A DNA stretch of 64,000 nt from the human T2T-CHM13v2.0 reference genome, Homo sapiens. The number at the start of each line of letters is the position of its first letter. The stretch's first letter is position 1. The position numbers and the translations under genes are program-made. The DNA is taken from NCBI RefSeq assembly GCF_009914755.1, contig NC_060927.1, one strand, 5' to 3'. Positions 1 to 11,590 of this stretch are shown here, one piece after another. The notes under the pieces are model-generated. The model was given only the letters and a program-made list of their open reading frames with translations. It did no database searches and had not been told where the DNA came from.

Positions 1-69
1 AGCACCTGGCCTGTAGACAACTTTTTTTCTAAACACTACTCTCCATGATGTTTTTCTGTAGCAAAATAG

Positions 70-420
70 GCATAATATAAAATGTACCATCTTAACCATT
101 TTTAAGTGTACAGTTTACTGGCATTAAGTACCTTCGCAGTGCTCTACAACCATCACCATTATTCATTTTTCTGTACTGAAATTTGCTCAACTGAAATTCT
201 TTACCCCTTAAAGGATAACTTTTCCTACCCTTTCCTCCCAGGTTGCCCCCTGGACAACCACCATTATACTGTCTCTGAATATACCTGTACAAGGTACTTC
301 ATACAAGTGGAATGATACAATATTTGTCCTTTTGTGTCTGGCTTATTTCACTTAGCATAATGTCTTCAAGATTCATCCATGTTGTAGCATGTGCCAGAGT
401 TTCATTCCTTTTTATGCCTC
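70..420 (-). mobile_element. L1 (L1MB/L1MC-type) 3' end fragment, antisense
   Basis: Classic antisense L1 3'-end text: 'ttttaagtgtacagtt..gcattaagtac', 'tggcttatttcacttagcataatgtcttcaagattcatccatgttgtagcatgtg'. Boundaries approximate. Confidence 0.85.
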
Positions 421-604
421 AATACCTACATGAAATTTAATACCACATTTTAAATCTCTTTGTATACTCTGGGCCTTTGGAGGCTCACAAACCATTGTAA
501 TACATAAGATTTTTCCACTTCCCAAGAACCAGTTTCACCCTTTTGCTGCAATATCCCCCTGTAGAAAATGCCTGTGTTAAAACCTAAGCTCCGTGACCCT
601 CTCT

Positions 605-680
605 ATCTTGTTGTCCACTGTGTCCCCCAGCGTAACACCTAGCACATTTTAAGTACTCAACAATCATTTATTGAATACTT
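605..680 (+). mobile_element. L2 3' end fragment
   Basis: 'ttgtccactgtgtcccccagc..cctagcacat..tactcaacaatcatttattgaat' resembles the L2 3' terminus. Confidence 0.6.
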
Positions 681-774
681 CTCTAGCCCTTCCCCAACCA
701 CTCCTTCCTTCTTATCTTAGCCATTATTATTAAAATTTGCTCTTAGAGTAATTACGTATGTATTTGTTACTTAG

Positions 775-1050
<276 letters not shown>

Positions 1051-3124
1051 TAGGTGGCAGAGAATTCTGGAATATTGAGCTTAAATCTGAGGGAAGGTCC
1101 CATTGTGTTCTATGGCCCTGTTAAATTTTGTTTATAAAGCAAATTTCAATACAGTGGATAACCCAATTATTATAGGCTCCAACCAGCTGATATGTACTCT
1201 GAGAGTTCACAAATAGCCATTCGGAGGACATTTGCCACATTTTCCAAGCCCCCTTGGTCCTGGGTTAAAACATTTTGTTTGCAGCCTCTGCTACTTACTC
1301 CTGGGCCTTCACGTCAGGAGTTTATATTTGATTCCCTCTGGATTCCAAATGTTTTCTTCTGGGAATCTTCAGCTCCATAAGGAAATACTTAGCAGATGCA
1401 AAACAAGCAGGGTTTGTCAGGCAGCTGTAGTGAGAAGTGACTGTGGCATGCAGAAGGCTGTGTACAGGTGTTTGCAGGCTGTGCTCACAGACTTGGGAGA
1501 GGCCTGAGTGAGCACGCGTGGGAAAGAGGAGACCGACTCCTCACTCTGGAATTAAGGAAAGCAAAGAAGAGGAGAATGCCCTGGAAGGAACGAGAAATCT
1601 GTCTGTTGGGAACATCCTAATGGCCTCTTATTTTTCCTTGTTAAGAAATGCTAGCTAAGGCTGTCCATAGCAGGGCAGTCATTCTGGACTCATAAAGAGG
1701 CTGATCCAAATTGTTTGTTTGGGGGCACTTTGATGAGGGCAATGGTCAGAGAAAAAAGAAAACGATAGGTTGTGAGTGAGTCAGAACCAGCTATATGTCT
1801 GACACACCCAGGAAGGAGCCCTTAGTGAAGAATGAGAGAGAACAGTGTGGCCCTATCTCACTGAGAAAACTGTTCTTTCTACTGACTAAAACCTTTTATT
1901 GCCTCTTTTGGATGAATTCCCTCAACCATGAAGGCCGAGGCTAAGTTGTTGGTTTCCCTAAGGGCAAGGCAAATTCAGATAAGAAACAGAAACAACAAAT
2001 CAGGCACAATCGGGAAGACAAATGGAGCAGGAAGTCTGGTCTGTGCCAGTCCTGGCCCAGAGCCACTTCAGCAGACAGACCTTAATAAAGTCCGAGGAGG
2101 TTGGCGAGGGGGAACCAGCCTGTGGTGGGTCACAGGCTTCTCTGGAGTTTTGAGCAAATCCTCTTTGACACTAAAACTGTAAGAATATTTTGCATAAATT
2201 CTGAAATCAGAATGTGCTGGAGTGTTATGTTTCTTTCAAACTCTGTTGCCTCCTCTGCTGTATAGTTCTCGTAATGAAGCCATTATTCATGATGATAAAA
2301 TTCTGAAAAGAATTTGCATAATACATTTTTTCTCATAATGAGATTTGTTGCCCTATTGATTTCAAGTTAATGCTTAATATTTAATTTAATTTACTGCCTG
2401 TAATTACAGTGCCAGAATAAAATAAATGTTACTTGTGTACCAACAATAGCACTCTACTCTTAACAGGGCCATCTGTCAATACTGTCAATTAGGTGAATTA
2501 TGCAATTAATTTAACATCATGAACTCATCGGGTGGGGAGGGAGAGATAGGCTCCTAGGTGTGTTTGGAAAGTTGTTGGTATTAGAAAACAAGTAGAAAAA
2601 GTGCCAGCTCTCCCAGGTAGTTTTGAGATTTATCCATCCCACTCCCAGCCACCTGTGTGAGGGATCCCATTAGCAATGTTGATCTTACAATTGGGAGGAG
2701 CACACTCTATTTCCACCTATCAGACCATTTACTTAACTCCTGCCTGCTTTATTTCCAAAAAGGATTTGAAATGATAACAAAAATATTTGCAATGCAAAAT
2801 AAAAATTAAGCCAGTGAGAGAAAACTCTTGCCACCTTCCTGGGCAGGATCTCCTGGATGGTCTCCTTGGATGGGAGCTTGATTCGGTTAGGGTGAACCCT
2901 AGGAAATGGCATAGAGTTAAGCATGCCTGACCCACATAGGCAGCTGTTTCACAGGGTTCAACCCAATGTTGTTGGAGAGGAATGGAGCATCCCAGAGGTC
3001 ATCCTTGGCAGCTCGTAGAAGCTGCTACTGAATCACTCTACAAAATGTGTGGCCTATAGAAAATGAAACCATGCTAATGCCTGCATACAATTCTGACGGG
3101 GGTAATCAGCCCTGTTAAAATAGA

Positions 3125-3545
3125 ACAGTGTATATGACCCAACTATATGACACTCTGGAAAAGGCAAAAACTACAGAGACAGTACAAAATCAGTGGCTGC
3201 CAGAAATTTAGGGGAATGGAGGGAGGGATGAATAAGTGGAATGCAGGGAATTTGAGGGGCAGAGAAACTATTCCGCATGATACTATAATGGTAGATACAT
3301 GTCATTATACATTTGTCAAAACCCCTGGAATATACAACACCAAGAGTGAACCCTAATGTAAACTATGAATTTGATTGATAATGATACGTCAGTGTTAGTT
3401 CATCAGTTATAACAAATGTACCTCATAGATGCATGCATGATGTCAAGGTGGAGAAGGCTGTGCCTTTATGGGGAAGGGGTTTTGTGAAAACTCTCTGTAC
3501 TTTCCACTCAATTTTGCTGTGAAGCGAGAACTTCTCTAAATAGAA
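3125..3545 (+). mobile_element. L1MC-type 3' end fragment
   Basis: 'ctggaaaaggcaaaaactacagagacagta..', 'gatacatgtcattatacatttgtcaaaaccc..caccaagagtgaaccctaatgtaaactatg' is typical L1MC 3'UTR. Confidence 0.85.
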
Positions 3546-3907
3546 AGGTGTTGAAATGATATTAAGGGCCACTACATGGGGAATTTTCAGGTGTTGGGAG
3601 TGTTAGTGTACCCCAGAAGCCCAGCAGAGGATCATTGTGCTGTCAGGACCTATTGTGATCAGATAGCACCAGAGCCAAAAAGTATGGTAGGTTTTGAGCA
3701 CAGCTGCCACCAGCACAAACCCCCCACCACCCTTTCCACATGGAACTGGCTGGCCTGCAGCAGCAGGCACTCAGTCAGCACATGTTAAATGCACAGGCAC
3801 TTTTGGACCCTGCTTGAACTCACTATAGCAACAAGGTCAGCAGGCCACCTTGCCTTCCGCGGAGCCCACCAACTCATGGTGCCCTTTGGATCTCTTTCCC
3901 GCTACAG

Positions 3908-4087
3908 GGCATCCAGATGGTGTGTGAGACGTTGACTGAGTGCTGGGACCACGACCCAGAGGCCCGTCTCACAGCCCAGTGTGTGGCAGAACGCTTCAGT
4001 GAGCTGGAGCATCTGGACAGGCTCTCGGGGAGGAGCTGCTCGGAGGAGAAGATTCCTGAAGACGGCTCCCTAAACACTACCAAATAG
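3908..4087 (+). CDS. TGFBR2: TGFBR2 last coding exon (180 bp including TAG)
   Basis: Acceptor ttcccgctacAG ends at 3907. Translation [59 protein letters not shown], phase 0, in frame with the preceding exon. Missing from the ORF track because it lacks a long ATG-initiated ORF. Confidence 0.99.
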   Translation, partial: GIQMVCETLTECWDHDPEARLTAQCVAERFSELEHLDRLSGRSCSEEKIPEDGSLNTTK

Positions 4088-4292
4088 CTCTTCTGGGGCA
4101 GGCTGGGCCATGTCCAAAGAGGCTGCCCCTCTCACCAAAGAACAGAGGCAGCAGGAAGCTGCCCCTGAACTGATGCTTCCTGGAAAACCAAGGGGGTCAC
4201 TCCCCTCCCTGTAAGCTGTGGGGATAAGCAGAAACAACAGCAGCAGGGAGTGGGTGACATAGAGCATTCTATGCCTTTGACATTGTCATAGG

Positions 4293-4378
4293 ATAAGCTG
4301 TGTTAGCACTTCCTCAGGAAATGAGATTGATTTTTACAATAGCCAATAACATTTGCACTTTATTAATGCCTGTATATA
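4293..4378 (+). promoter_or_regulatory. Proximal miRNA/PUM site cluster in the TGFBR2 3'UTR
   Basis: ATAAGCT 4293-4299 (miR-21); AGCACTT 4305-4311 (miR-302/372/520); TTTGCAC 4352-4358 (miR-19); TTGCACT 4353-4359 (miR-130/301); GCACTTTA 4355-4362 (miR-17/20/93/106 8mer); TGTATATA 4371-4378 (Pumilio element). Confidence 0.8.
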
Positions 4379-4396
4379 AATATGAATAGCTATGTT

Positions 4397-4443
4397 TTAT
4401 ATATATATATATATCTATATATGTCTATAGCTCTATATATATA
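4397..4443. repeat. (TA)n microsatellite in the 3'UTR
   Basis: Interrupted TA run visible in the sequence. Confidence 0.9.
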
Positions 4444-6278
4444 GCCATACCTTGAAAAGAGACAAGGAAAAACATCAAATATTCCCAGGAAATTGGTTTT
4501 ATTGGAGAACTCCAGAACCAAGCAGAGAAGGAAGGGACCCATGACAGCATTAGCATTTGACAATCACACATGCAGTGGTTCTCTGACTGTAAAACAGTGA
4601 ACTTTGCATGAGGAAAGAGGCTCCATGTCTCACAGCCAGCTATGACCACATTGCACTTGCTTTTGCAAAATAATCATTCCCTGCCTAGCACTTCTCTTCT
4701 GGCCATGGAACTAAGTACAGTGGCACTGTTTGAGGACCAGTGTTCCCGGGGTTCCTGTGTGCCCTTATTTCTCCTGGACTTTTCATTTAAGCTCCAAGCC
4801 CCAAATCTGGGGGGCTAGTTTAGAAACTCTCCCTCAACCTAGTTTAGAAACTCTACCCCATCTTTAATACCTTGAATGTTTTGAACCCCACTTTTTACCT
4901 TCATGGGTTGCAGAAAAATCAGAACAGATGTCCCCATCCATGCGATTGCCCCACCATCTACTAATGAAAAATTGTTCTTTTTTTCATCTTTCCCCTGCAC
5001 TTATGTTACTATTCTCTGCTCCCAGCCTTCATCCTTTTCTAAAAAGGAGCAAATTCTCACTCTAGGCTTTATCGTGTTTACTTTTTCATTACACTTGACT
5101 TGATTTTCTAGTTTTCTATACAAACACCAATGGGTTCCATCTTTCTGGGCTCCTGATTGCTCAAGCACAGTTTGGCCTGATGAAGAGGATTTCAACTACA
5201 CAATACTATCATTGTCAGGACTATGACCTCAGGCACTCTAAACATATGTTTTGTTTGGTCAGCACAGCGTTTCAAAAAGTGAAGCCACTTTATAAATATT
5301 TGGAGATTTTGCAGGAAAATCTGGATCCCCAGGTAAGGATAGCAGATGGTTTTCAGTTATCTCCAGTCCACGTTCACAAAATGTGAAGGTGTGGAGACAC
5401 TTACAAAGCTGCCTCACTTCTCACTGTAAACATTAGCTCTTTCCACTGCCTACCTGGACCCCAGTCTAGGAATTAAATCTGCACCTAACCAAGGTCCCTT
5501 GTAAGAAATGTCCATTCAAGCAGTCATTCTCTGGGTATATAATATGATTTTGACTACCTTATCTGGTGTTAAGATTTGAAGTTGGCCTTTTATTGGACTA
5601 AAGGGGAACTCCTTTAAGGGTCTCAGTTAGCCCAAGTTTCTTTTGCTTATATGTTAATAGTTTTACCCTCTGCATTGGAGAGAGGAGTGCTTTACTCCAA
5701 GAAGCTTTCCTCATGGTTACCGTTCTCTCCATCATGCCAGCCTTCTCAACCTTTGCAGAAATTACTAGAGAGGATTTGAATGTGGGACACAAAGGTCCCA
5801 TTTGCAGTTAGAAAATTTGTGTCCACAAGGACAAGAACAAAGTATGAGCTTTAAAACTCCATAGGAAACTTGTTAATCAACAAAGAAGTGTTAATGCTGC
5901 AAGTAATCTCTTTTTTAAAACTTTTTGAAGCTACTTATTTTCAGCCAAATAGGAATATTAGAGAGGGACTGGTAGTGAGAATATCAGCTCTGTTTGGATG
6001 GTGGAAGGTCTCATTTTATTGAGATTTTTAAGATACATGCAAAGGTTTGGAAATAGAACCTCTAGGCACCCTCCTCAGTGTGGGTGGGCTGAGAGTTAAA
6101 GACAGTGTGGCTGCAGTAGCATAGAGGCGCCTAGAAATTCCACTTGCACTGTAGGGCATGCTGATACCATCCCAATAGCTGTTGCCCATTGACCTCTAGT
6201 GGTGAGTTTCTAGAATACTGGTCCATTCATGAGATATTCAAGATTCAAGAGTATTCTCACTTCTGGGTTATCAGCATA

Positions 6279-6516
6279 AACTGGAATGTAGTGTCAGAGG
6301 ATACTGTGGCTTGTTTTGTTTATGTTTTTTTTTTCTTATTCAAGAAAAAAGACCAAGGAATAACATTCTGTAGTTCCTAAAAATACTGACTTTTTTCACT
6401 ACTATACATAAAGGGAAAGTTTTATTCTTTTATGGAACACTTCAGCTGTACTCATGTATTAAAATAGGAATGTGAATGCTATATACTCTTTTTATATCAA
6501 AAGTCTCAAGCACTTA
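6279..6516 (+). promoter_or_regulatory. Distal miRNA 8mer sites in the TGFBR2 3'UTR
   Basis: AACTGGAA 6279-6286 (miR-145); AAAGGGAA 6410-6417 (miR-204/211); AGCACTTA 6509-6516 (miR-302/372/373/520). Confidence 0.75.
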
Positions 6517-6549
6517 TTTTTATTCTATGCATTGTTTGTCTTTTACATA

Positions 6550-6576
6550 AATAAAATGTTTATTAGATTGAATAAA
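6550..6576 (+). terminator. TGFBR2: TGFBR2 polyadenylation signals
   Basis: AATAAA at 6550-6555 and 6571-6576, plus ATTAAA at 6458-6463, with U-rich sequence upstream. Confidence 0.85.
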
Positions 6577-6738
6577 GCAAAATACTCAGGTGAGCATCCT
6601 GCCTCCTGTTCCCATTCCTAGTAGCTAAATCCATTTGCCTCATTTGGTTATTTTGCAATTTATGCAGAAAACGTCACCAAGTAAATAATCTCCAACTTTT
6701 TCATACTGTCTTTCTCAACTGACAGTCTCACAGTCCTT

Positions 6739-6763
6739 AAAAAAAAAAAAAAAAAAAAAAAAA
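6739..6763. repeat. Genomic A25 mononucleotide run
   Basis: 25 consecutive A residues. Confidence 0.95.
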
Positions 6764-7242
6764 GTCACAGAAGCTCAGTAATATGAGATGAAGCAGATGC
6801 TGCTCATGGCCTGCCTGCCATGCTGGCGTCCTGGCATGATGTCCCTCTGAATGCCCAGAAGACCTCTTCCCACAGTCTCAGGAGCTGCCTCTATCCACAT
6901 GGCTGTTTCTTGCAGGGATTTTCACAGCCAATGTTTCTACCGCTTCTTCTATTTTCTCTATTCCTCATACTAGCAAGCTGTTGGCTCTCTTCTTGACTCT
7001 TGTCATATTCCATGCTTCCCTTTTCTACCCAGATACCACATCCATTTGGTGCTTTTAATTGATTTACATGAATGGTGAGATGAATATGCCTTAGGAAATT
7101 GTCTCCTGGTCATTTCTTGTGACAAAGTGCACGAGATTTTCTGCCTGAACTTCATGCTACCTCTTTTGGAATCTGAGAGATTCTGTAGCTTCTTCTTAGT
7201 TATCGACTGGGTTCTAAATAGTTAATGTCATAGTGCCTGCAC

Positions 7243-7468
7243 CAGGGTATTTCAACCTTAGCACTGCTGACTTATTTTTGCATTGGATAATTGTGTGTTG
7301 GGAGGGAGGGAAGCCGTCCTGTGCACTGTGGGATGTTTAGCGGTATCCCTCGCCTCCACCCACTAGATGCCAGTAGCACCCACCCCACAGCTGTGACAAC
7401 CAAAAATTTCTCCAGACATTGCCAAATGTCCCCTGAAAGACAAAGTTCCTCTCAGTGGAGAATCACTG
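7243..7468. mobile_element. MER20 (hAT-Charlie MITE)
   Basis: CAG...CACTG ends; 'cccactagatgccagtagcacc..gtgacaaccaaaaatttctccagacattgccaaatgtcccctg'. Confidence 0.9.
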
Positions 7469-7569
7469 AGCTAGATGATGTGGTCCTACTGTGGGCCTTA
7501 GTTATAGTCTTGTCTTTATTAGTAGCAATTTTAGTGGTTACTAATTGTAGAGGTTACCTGCTCCTCCAT

Positions 7570-7650
7570 TTGCCAGCTTTGTGATCTGGGCAAATTACTT
7601 AACCTCTCCATGCCTCAGTTTCATCATGTGTAAAATGAGATTTTACAAGC
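7570..7650 (+). mobile_element. MIR fragment
   Basis: MIR core 'tgtgatctgggcaaattacttaacctctccatgcctcagtttcatcatgtgtaaaatg'. Confidence 0.85.
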
Positions 7651-7904
7651 CTCATCCTATACAAGATAAAATTGTGGTAAGAAGACACATTAGGCTTTTG
7701 AAGATGGGTCTTGAACTTTTTGGAAAGCCTTCACTACATGCTGGCCAGTGTTAAGTTGGTTTAGTATGCCAAGGACTGCTTAGGCAAAGAAGCAGATTTT
7801 TAGGTACAAACCTAGAGAGCATTTACAACAGAGGAAAATGGGTACAGTCCCCAGGTCTGCAGGACAGGAAACGTGGGTCCTGTGTGAACACATAATCGGG
7901 GGAG

Positions 7905-8075
7905 AGCGCTCATTCACTGAGTACTCGCTATGCCATCGGATTGAATCCTCCACTAGCTCGGTGAGGTACATACTATGCCCATTTAACAGATGAGGAAACA
8001 GATGGTCAGAGAGCTCAGATAAGAAGCCCAGGGTCTCACCATGTAGAATCTGGATGCAGGGCCAAGTTGTCTTGG
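7905..8075 (-). mobile_element. MIR fragment
   Basis: Reverse core 'cccatttaacagatgaggaaacaga..agag'. Confidence 0.75.
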
Positions 8076-8649
8076 AACTGGAATTTGGAACACCTGACAT
8101 GCTTGGTTCTTTATTTCCTGCTGTTTCCTGAGGGAACTGACCTGCCCAAGCAGGACCAAAAGGCTACCCCATGAAGAAAAGCTCTGCTACTGGATCATTG
8201 TTCTCATCTCTCTCTGGGTCTCTGCTCAGTGGAGGCAGAAAAGGTGCTTTTCCATTTCTATTGCCTGACTTCCTCTCCATTCACATGGTAAGTGTTGTCT
8301 ACATGCTTGCTGAGAGAACAACTGGAAGATGAGTGAATGTGTGTAGACTGTGTTTCCTAATGTGTGAAATGTGTACTGGTATCTGAGATGATTTAAGATT
8401 GTGCCACCTTTATAAAAATAGATCCACCTTTATTTTAGTGGATCATTAACATACATTAGAAAAAAATCATTAACACAGCCTGGGCTTTCACAAATAATAT
8501 TGCTTGAAATATGGCTGAGTTTAAAAACTTGAATTGATTATTAAAATACATTAAGTAGACGACACTCATGCATGACAACTACAGGAGGTGTTAATAGGAA
8601 TAATTGAAGTTAGGGAGCTCTACCCAAGGAGGCAAATTCATATTAATTC

Positions 8650-8850
8650 CTAACATTTATTGAGTACTTGGTAAGTGCCAAACACTATTCTCTGTTTTAC
8701 CTTATCTGCTTAAATCCTCTCAACAACCCTGCGAAGTATCTTACCTCCATCTTATAGAGGAGGAAACTGAGGCAGAGAGCAAGGTCTAGCTAAGGGTCGC
8801 AATCATTAGCATGAGAATTTGAACTGAAGCAGTTGGACTCCAGGGATCAA
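8650..8850 (-). mobile_element. MIR
   Basis: 'taacatttattgagtactt..gtgcca..aacaaccctg..gaggaaactgaggcagaga'. Confidence 0.85.
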
Positions 8851-9736
8851 ACCCCCACCTTGAACACAAGATAAAGCTGGAGTTAGGAGGTAACAACGTG
8901 GAGCCTCTGGAGAGCTCAAGGGTTTTTGATTCAACAGTCCAAAATGAGGAGGCAGATGCAGTTAGCACTGGAGAGGAGGGAGTTACCCATGAGGGAACCC
9001 AGGGAGGAAAAGTTATTCCTCAAATGCACATGGGCTCCGGGCTGCAGCCCAAGAGCTTCAGCCAAAACAGGAGCCAAGGTCTTCTAACCCCTCTCCCTTC
9101 TTCCACGCTTTGTTTTGCTGGGGTTATTTTAGTTCTTGCTACTGCAAGGTCAGGAACATTCCCAACTGGCAATTGGTCTCCAAGTGCCCTCAGCATGGAC
9201 TCAGTCCCTTGCACCAGTCAGCATCCTTTGAATGCAGTCTATATTTGTGCCCAGGAGTTTCTATTTGTGGTGGCTGTTTTTGTTTTAAGCTCTCTATGCA
9301 AATGACACACTAATGGTCTGGTCCTAAGGGAAATTCTGTCTTCAGGTGACAGAGAACTTTTCATTTAAACAAGTGTATCTATCCTTTTTCACTAAAGCCA
9401 CTACAGTCGGCATCTGCTCATTTTGTTCATTTTCCTCCTGAAATAGGTTAGCTAATCATTGCTTATCACATTTCCAACTAGTTTCTTTTTTTTACTTGAA
9501 TAACTATAGCTCCACCCTCTATGGGTTTGGGGCCATGCCTTTCAGGCCTACTTTGCAAACTGTGCTGATAAAAGACAAGATTGTGAACTTGCCCACATTA
9601 CATGGGCTGCCAATCAGCCTCACATGGTGTAATTTAATTCTAATACGCCTCCTGATCTTTGGTGCATTTAAAAATAACTTGTTAATAGTCTTCCTATTCT
9701 AATTAAGCTAAAATTGCACACACTGTGAAATGCTTG

Positions 9737-9764
9737 CTCTCTTGCTCTCTCATGCTCTCTCTCT

Positions 9765-9799
<35 letters not shown>
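9737..9799. repeat. (CT)n(CA)n compound microsatellite
   Basis: Seen directly. Confidence 0.95.
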
Positions 9800-9801
<2 letters not shown>

Positions 9802-9974
9802 TGATCCTTAAAAATCATTTCTGTAAACTGCCTGTGTAGCACAGTGCTTCTGAAATTCTCCTGTGTCTTCCCCTGACCTATGCCCACAATGATAGACAAT
9901 AGAATAAAATAACTGTGGCCCTGGTACCCTAGGTCCATTAAAATATTCATAATAAATTGTCTAAACATTGATAA

Positions 9975-10200
9975 CAAAGTGGTTAAAATTGGAACCTCTA
10001 GAGCCAAATCTCCTGGGTTCAAATCCCAGCTCTGCCACTAACTGTAACTTTGTGTAAGTCTTTTAACTGTTTTTATTTCCTGGTTTCTTAATGTGTAGAA
10101 GGAGGATAATGATGAGATCTACTTGGGAAAGTTGTAAGAGTTAAATGAAATACTGGTTTTTTAAATGGTTAGAACAGAGACTGATGCACATAAGTATTCA
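9975..10200 (+). mobile_element. MIR
   Basis: 'ctagagccaaatctcctgggttcaaatcccagctctgccact'. Confidence 0.8.
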
Positions 10201-11271
10201 TTATTATAATTCAGTTTTTGCATTCTTTAAAGTGAAGCTGTGTTGTTGCAGTATTTTAAGGATATATTGTTCCCCAAATTTTTGGGTAAAATTGACTGTT
10301 AAGGAAGATGAGTCATGTTTAAACTGTAATTGTGAGTAGACCACCCTTTATCCTTGAAGGGCTTTCTCAACCAGGTGAATGGCATGGCTGTGGTGGGAAA
10401 TACAGGGCCCTGTGAGACAGGAAATCTAGGGGGTTGTCTAGCTCCATTACCATCCTCTTCTTTTATGGATTCAGTGTCTTGTTCTTTTGTTCCATGTGAG
10501 AATCATCCCTGCCCTGCCTACGTTATAAAGCTGGAGAAAAATGAAATAAGTAAAAACACATGGAAAACGTACTAAAATATTAATGCAAGGATGCAAGGTA
10601 TAATCTTTGCTGGAACATTAGTTCCTCATTTATTAGTAACATTACAGGCATTTGAAATTATGTACTTTATATGGGACCTATATTTTAAATATATGCTAAT
10701 CATCCTAGAAGCCCTACAAGGTAGGTGTTACTTTTTTCCATTTTACCATTAAGGAAATTATCCAGGTTTACACAACTTGAACCCAGGTCTCTGTCAGTAA
10801 AAAACTGTCTACTCTTCCAAACCATTTTATCTATCCATATTTATTTCCTCCATCAAACATTAGTTGAATGCAATGTGGTGTATCACCCAAGGTCGGCTGG
10901 CATCTTGAAAACAATAACTATGTGTTACTCAGCATCTTAGCACCTAGCAAAGAGTGGAGAATATAACAGTCTTTCAATTAAGTTTTGTCGAAGAAAGAAA
11001 TGAAGGCTCTTGGTCTTTAGAAATTCACAAATCAGCTGAGGAGACAGACATACTAACCAACAGCATATGATCAGCATGTTCTAATTGGTAATGTCTCTGG
11101 AATAAAACAGCTGGCAGCAAAAAATGTCTGACTTTTGCAGAGAAACTCCTAATATGAGTTTGACTGCTGTCCCATATCTACCTATGTGGTCGTAGTGCTG
11201 TAGTCACTGTTGTTACCCTAAGAGGACAGCCTTGTTCCTCCAGGTCTCTTACAACTCTCTTTTAAGGAGCT

Positions 11272-11590
11272 TGTATTAGATCCCTAGAGCTGCTGTAATG
11301 CATTGCCCAAATCTTGTGACTTAAACCAACAGAAATTTATTATCTCATAGTTCTGGAGGCTAGAAGCCTGAAATGAAGGTGTCTGCAGGCTTCACTCTCT
11401 CTGAAATTTTTATGAGAACATTTTTCATGTGATTTAGAGCCCACCTGGGTAATCCAGGATGATATCATCTCAAGATTCCTAACTTAATTACACCTGTAAA
11501 ATCCATTTTTCCAAATAAGGTCATATTCACAAGTTCTGAAGACTAAGGCATGGACAGATCTCATTGGAAACCATCATTCAACCCACTGCA
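11272..11590 (-). mobile_element. MLT1-family (ERVL-MaLR) solo LTR, internally deleted
   Basis: Starts 'tgtattag..gctgctgtaa', contains 'caacagaaatttattatctcatagttctggaggctagaag', ends 'attcaacccactgca'. Confidence 0.85.

Larger units (their letters stand above)
4088..6630 (+). other. TGFBR2: TGFBR2 3'UTR
   Basis: Runs from the stop codon to a cluster of poly(A) signals. Repeat-poor, with many miRNA seed matches. The 3' end is approximate. Confidence 0.9.

Noticed and set aside
4085-4170. Stop-codon read-through of TGFBR2 (TAG-C, short open extension)
   Set aside because: Lacks the UGA-CUAG context, and there is no other support.
8898-9305. 135-aa ORF downstream of TGFBR2
   Set aside because: Non-ATG start, no recognisable homology; within chance expectation.
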